Under the pieces are notes generated by a model that saw nothing but the letters and a program-made list of their open reading frames with translations, ran no database searches and was not told the DNA's origin. Of a stretch of DNA of 64,000 bases, positions 63,413 to 64,000 are shown in pieces. Position 1 is the first letter of the stretch, and the number at the start of each line of letters is the position of its first letter. Source of the DNA: Lytechinus pictus (taxonomy: Eukaryota); the NCBI RefSeq assembly GCF_037042905.1, contig NC_087245.1:6388001-6452000 (forward strand), given 5' to 3'. The position numbers and the translations under genes were made by a program.

Positions 63413-64000
63413 TACTAACAGATTTGGCAAAATTTTTAGTATGCTATCATCACTTATATTGTACTCATTCTGTGCTACAAACCCCTTCAAAAAAAGCAAA
63501 CACCAAACAAACAAAATGATGCACAGTAATGGTGGACTGACATTGCATTTAATTTTGGGTACATGTAATGAGATTAGAACATTATTGTTTTTTAATGAAG
63601 AGGAGAAGGTCCAAGAAAATAATTTCTCTCCATTAACTTGTATCGGAAGAAGGGTGCAGCTTAAAAAATTTGTGATTAAAGAGAATAGTTGTTTCTAAAA
63701 ATAAAGAGTATTGGTATGAAACTTTATAGCTGGTTGCGATGGCCTTAACTAATATGCAAGAAAGTAGAGCGATTGAGCAGGATTATCTACAATGCTTAAT
63801 TAATAGAAGCAATAACACAATGTGAACAGGGGTAAAGAGAGTTCAGATATGGTATGAACGGATTTTTAGTTTAAAGCAAATAAACTTGTAATAATTTGAT
63901 TTTATATCTATACACACATACACACACACACATACACACACCCTCACACACACATATATATTTGATTTGATTTATTTCCACGTTCCAATAACAAAAGTAT

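Overview
AT-rich, intron-rich animal genomic DNA; the repeat landscape looks echinoderm/sea-urchin-like (inference, not proven). The window holds two + strand genes. (1) 55-34149 is the 3' part of a gel-forming mucin gene: 19 exons reconstructed by hand from GT-AG sites with continuous phase, giving C8-TIL / VWD-C8-TIL-TIL' / VWD(GDPH)-C8-TIL / one 7.4-kb Pro-Thr exon / an 11-Cys cystine knot, with no VWD4 (MUC6-like layout). Its 5' end lies upstream of the window. (2) 43360-63412 is a 10-exon, ~529-aa gene mostly missed by the ORF track: MGLC acylation-type N-terminus, two duplicated 60-nt exons encoding AKAP-like amphipathic helices, and a CRE-rich upstream region. The standout is in intron 4 of gene 2: a 5,472-bp element (47558-53029) with Polinton/Maverick signatures (AGTAGT...ACTACT ends, 6-bp TSD AAGGTA). 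It is almost entirely one palindrome: two 2.6-2.8-kb arms around an 81-bp spacer. Each arm carries an outward-facing C2H2-zinc-finger/acidic ORF, the two copies have complementary frameshifts, and a 10-mer array lies upstream of each. It resembles an integrated snap-back/defective mini-Polinton. Introns and intergenic DNA also hold many MITEs (Kolobok-, Tc1-, Harbinger-, piggyBac-, CMC-, hAT-like), a Helentron/HINE-like element, SINEs and LINE remnants. All calls were read by eye; no database search was run.
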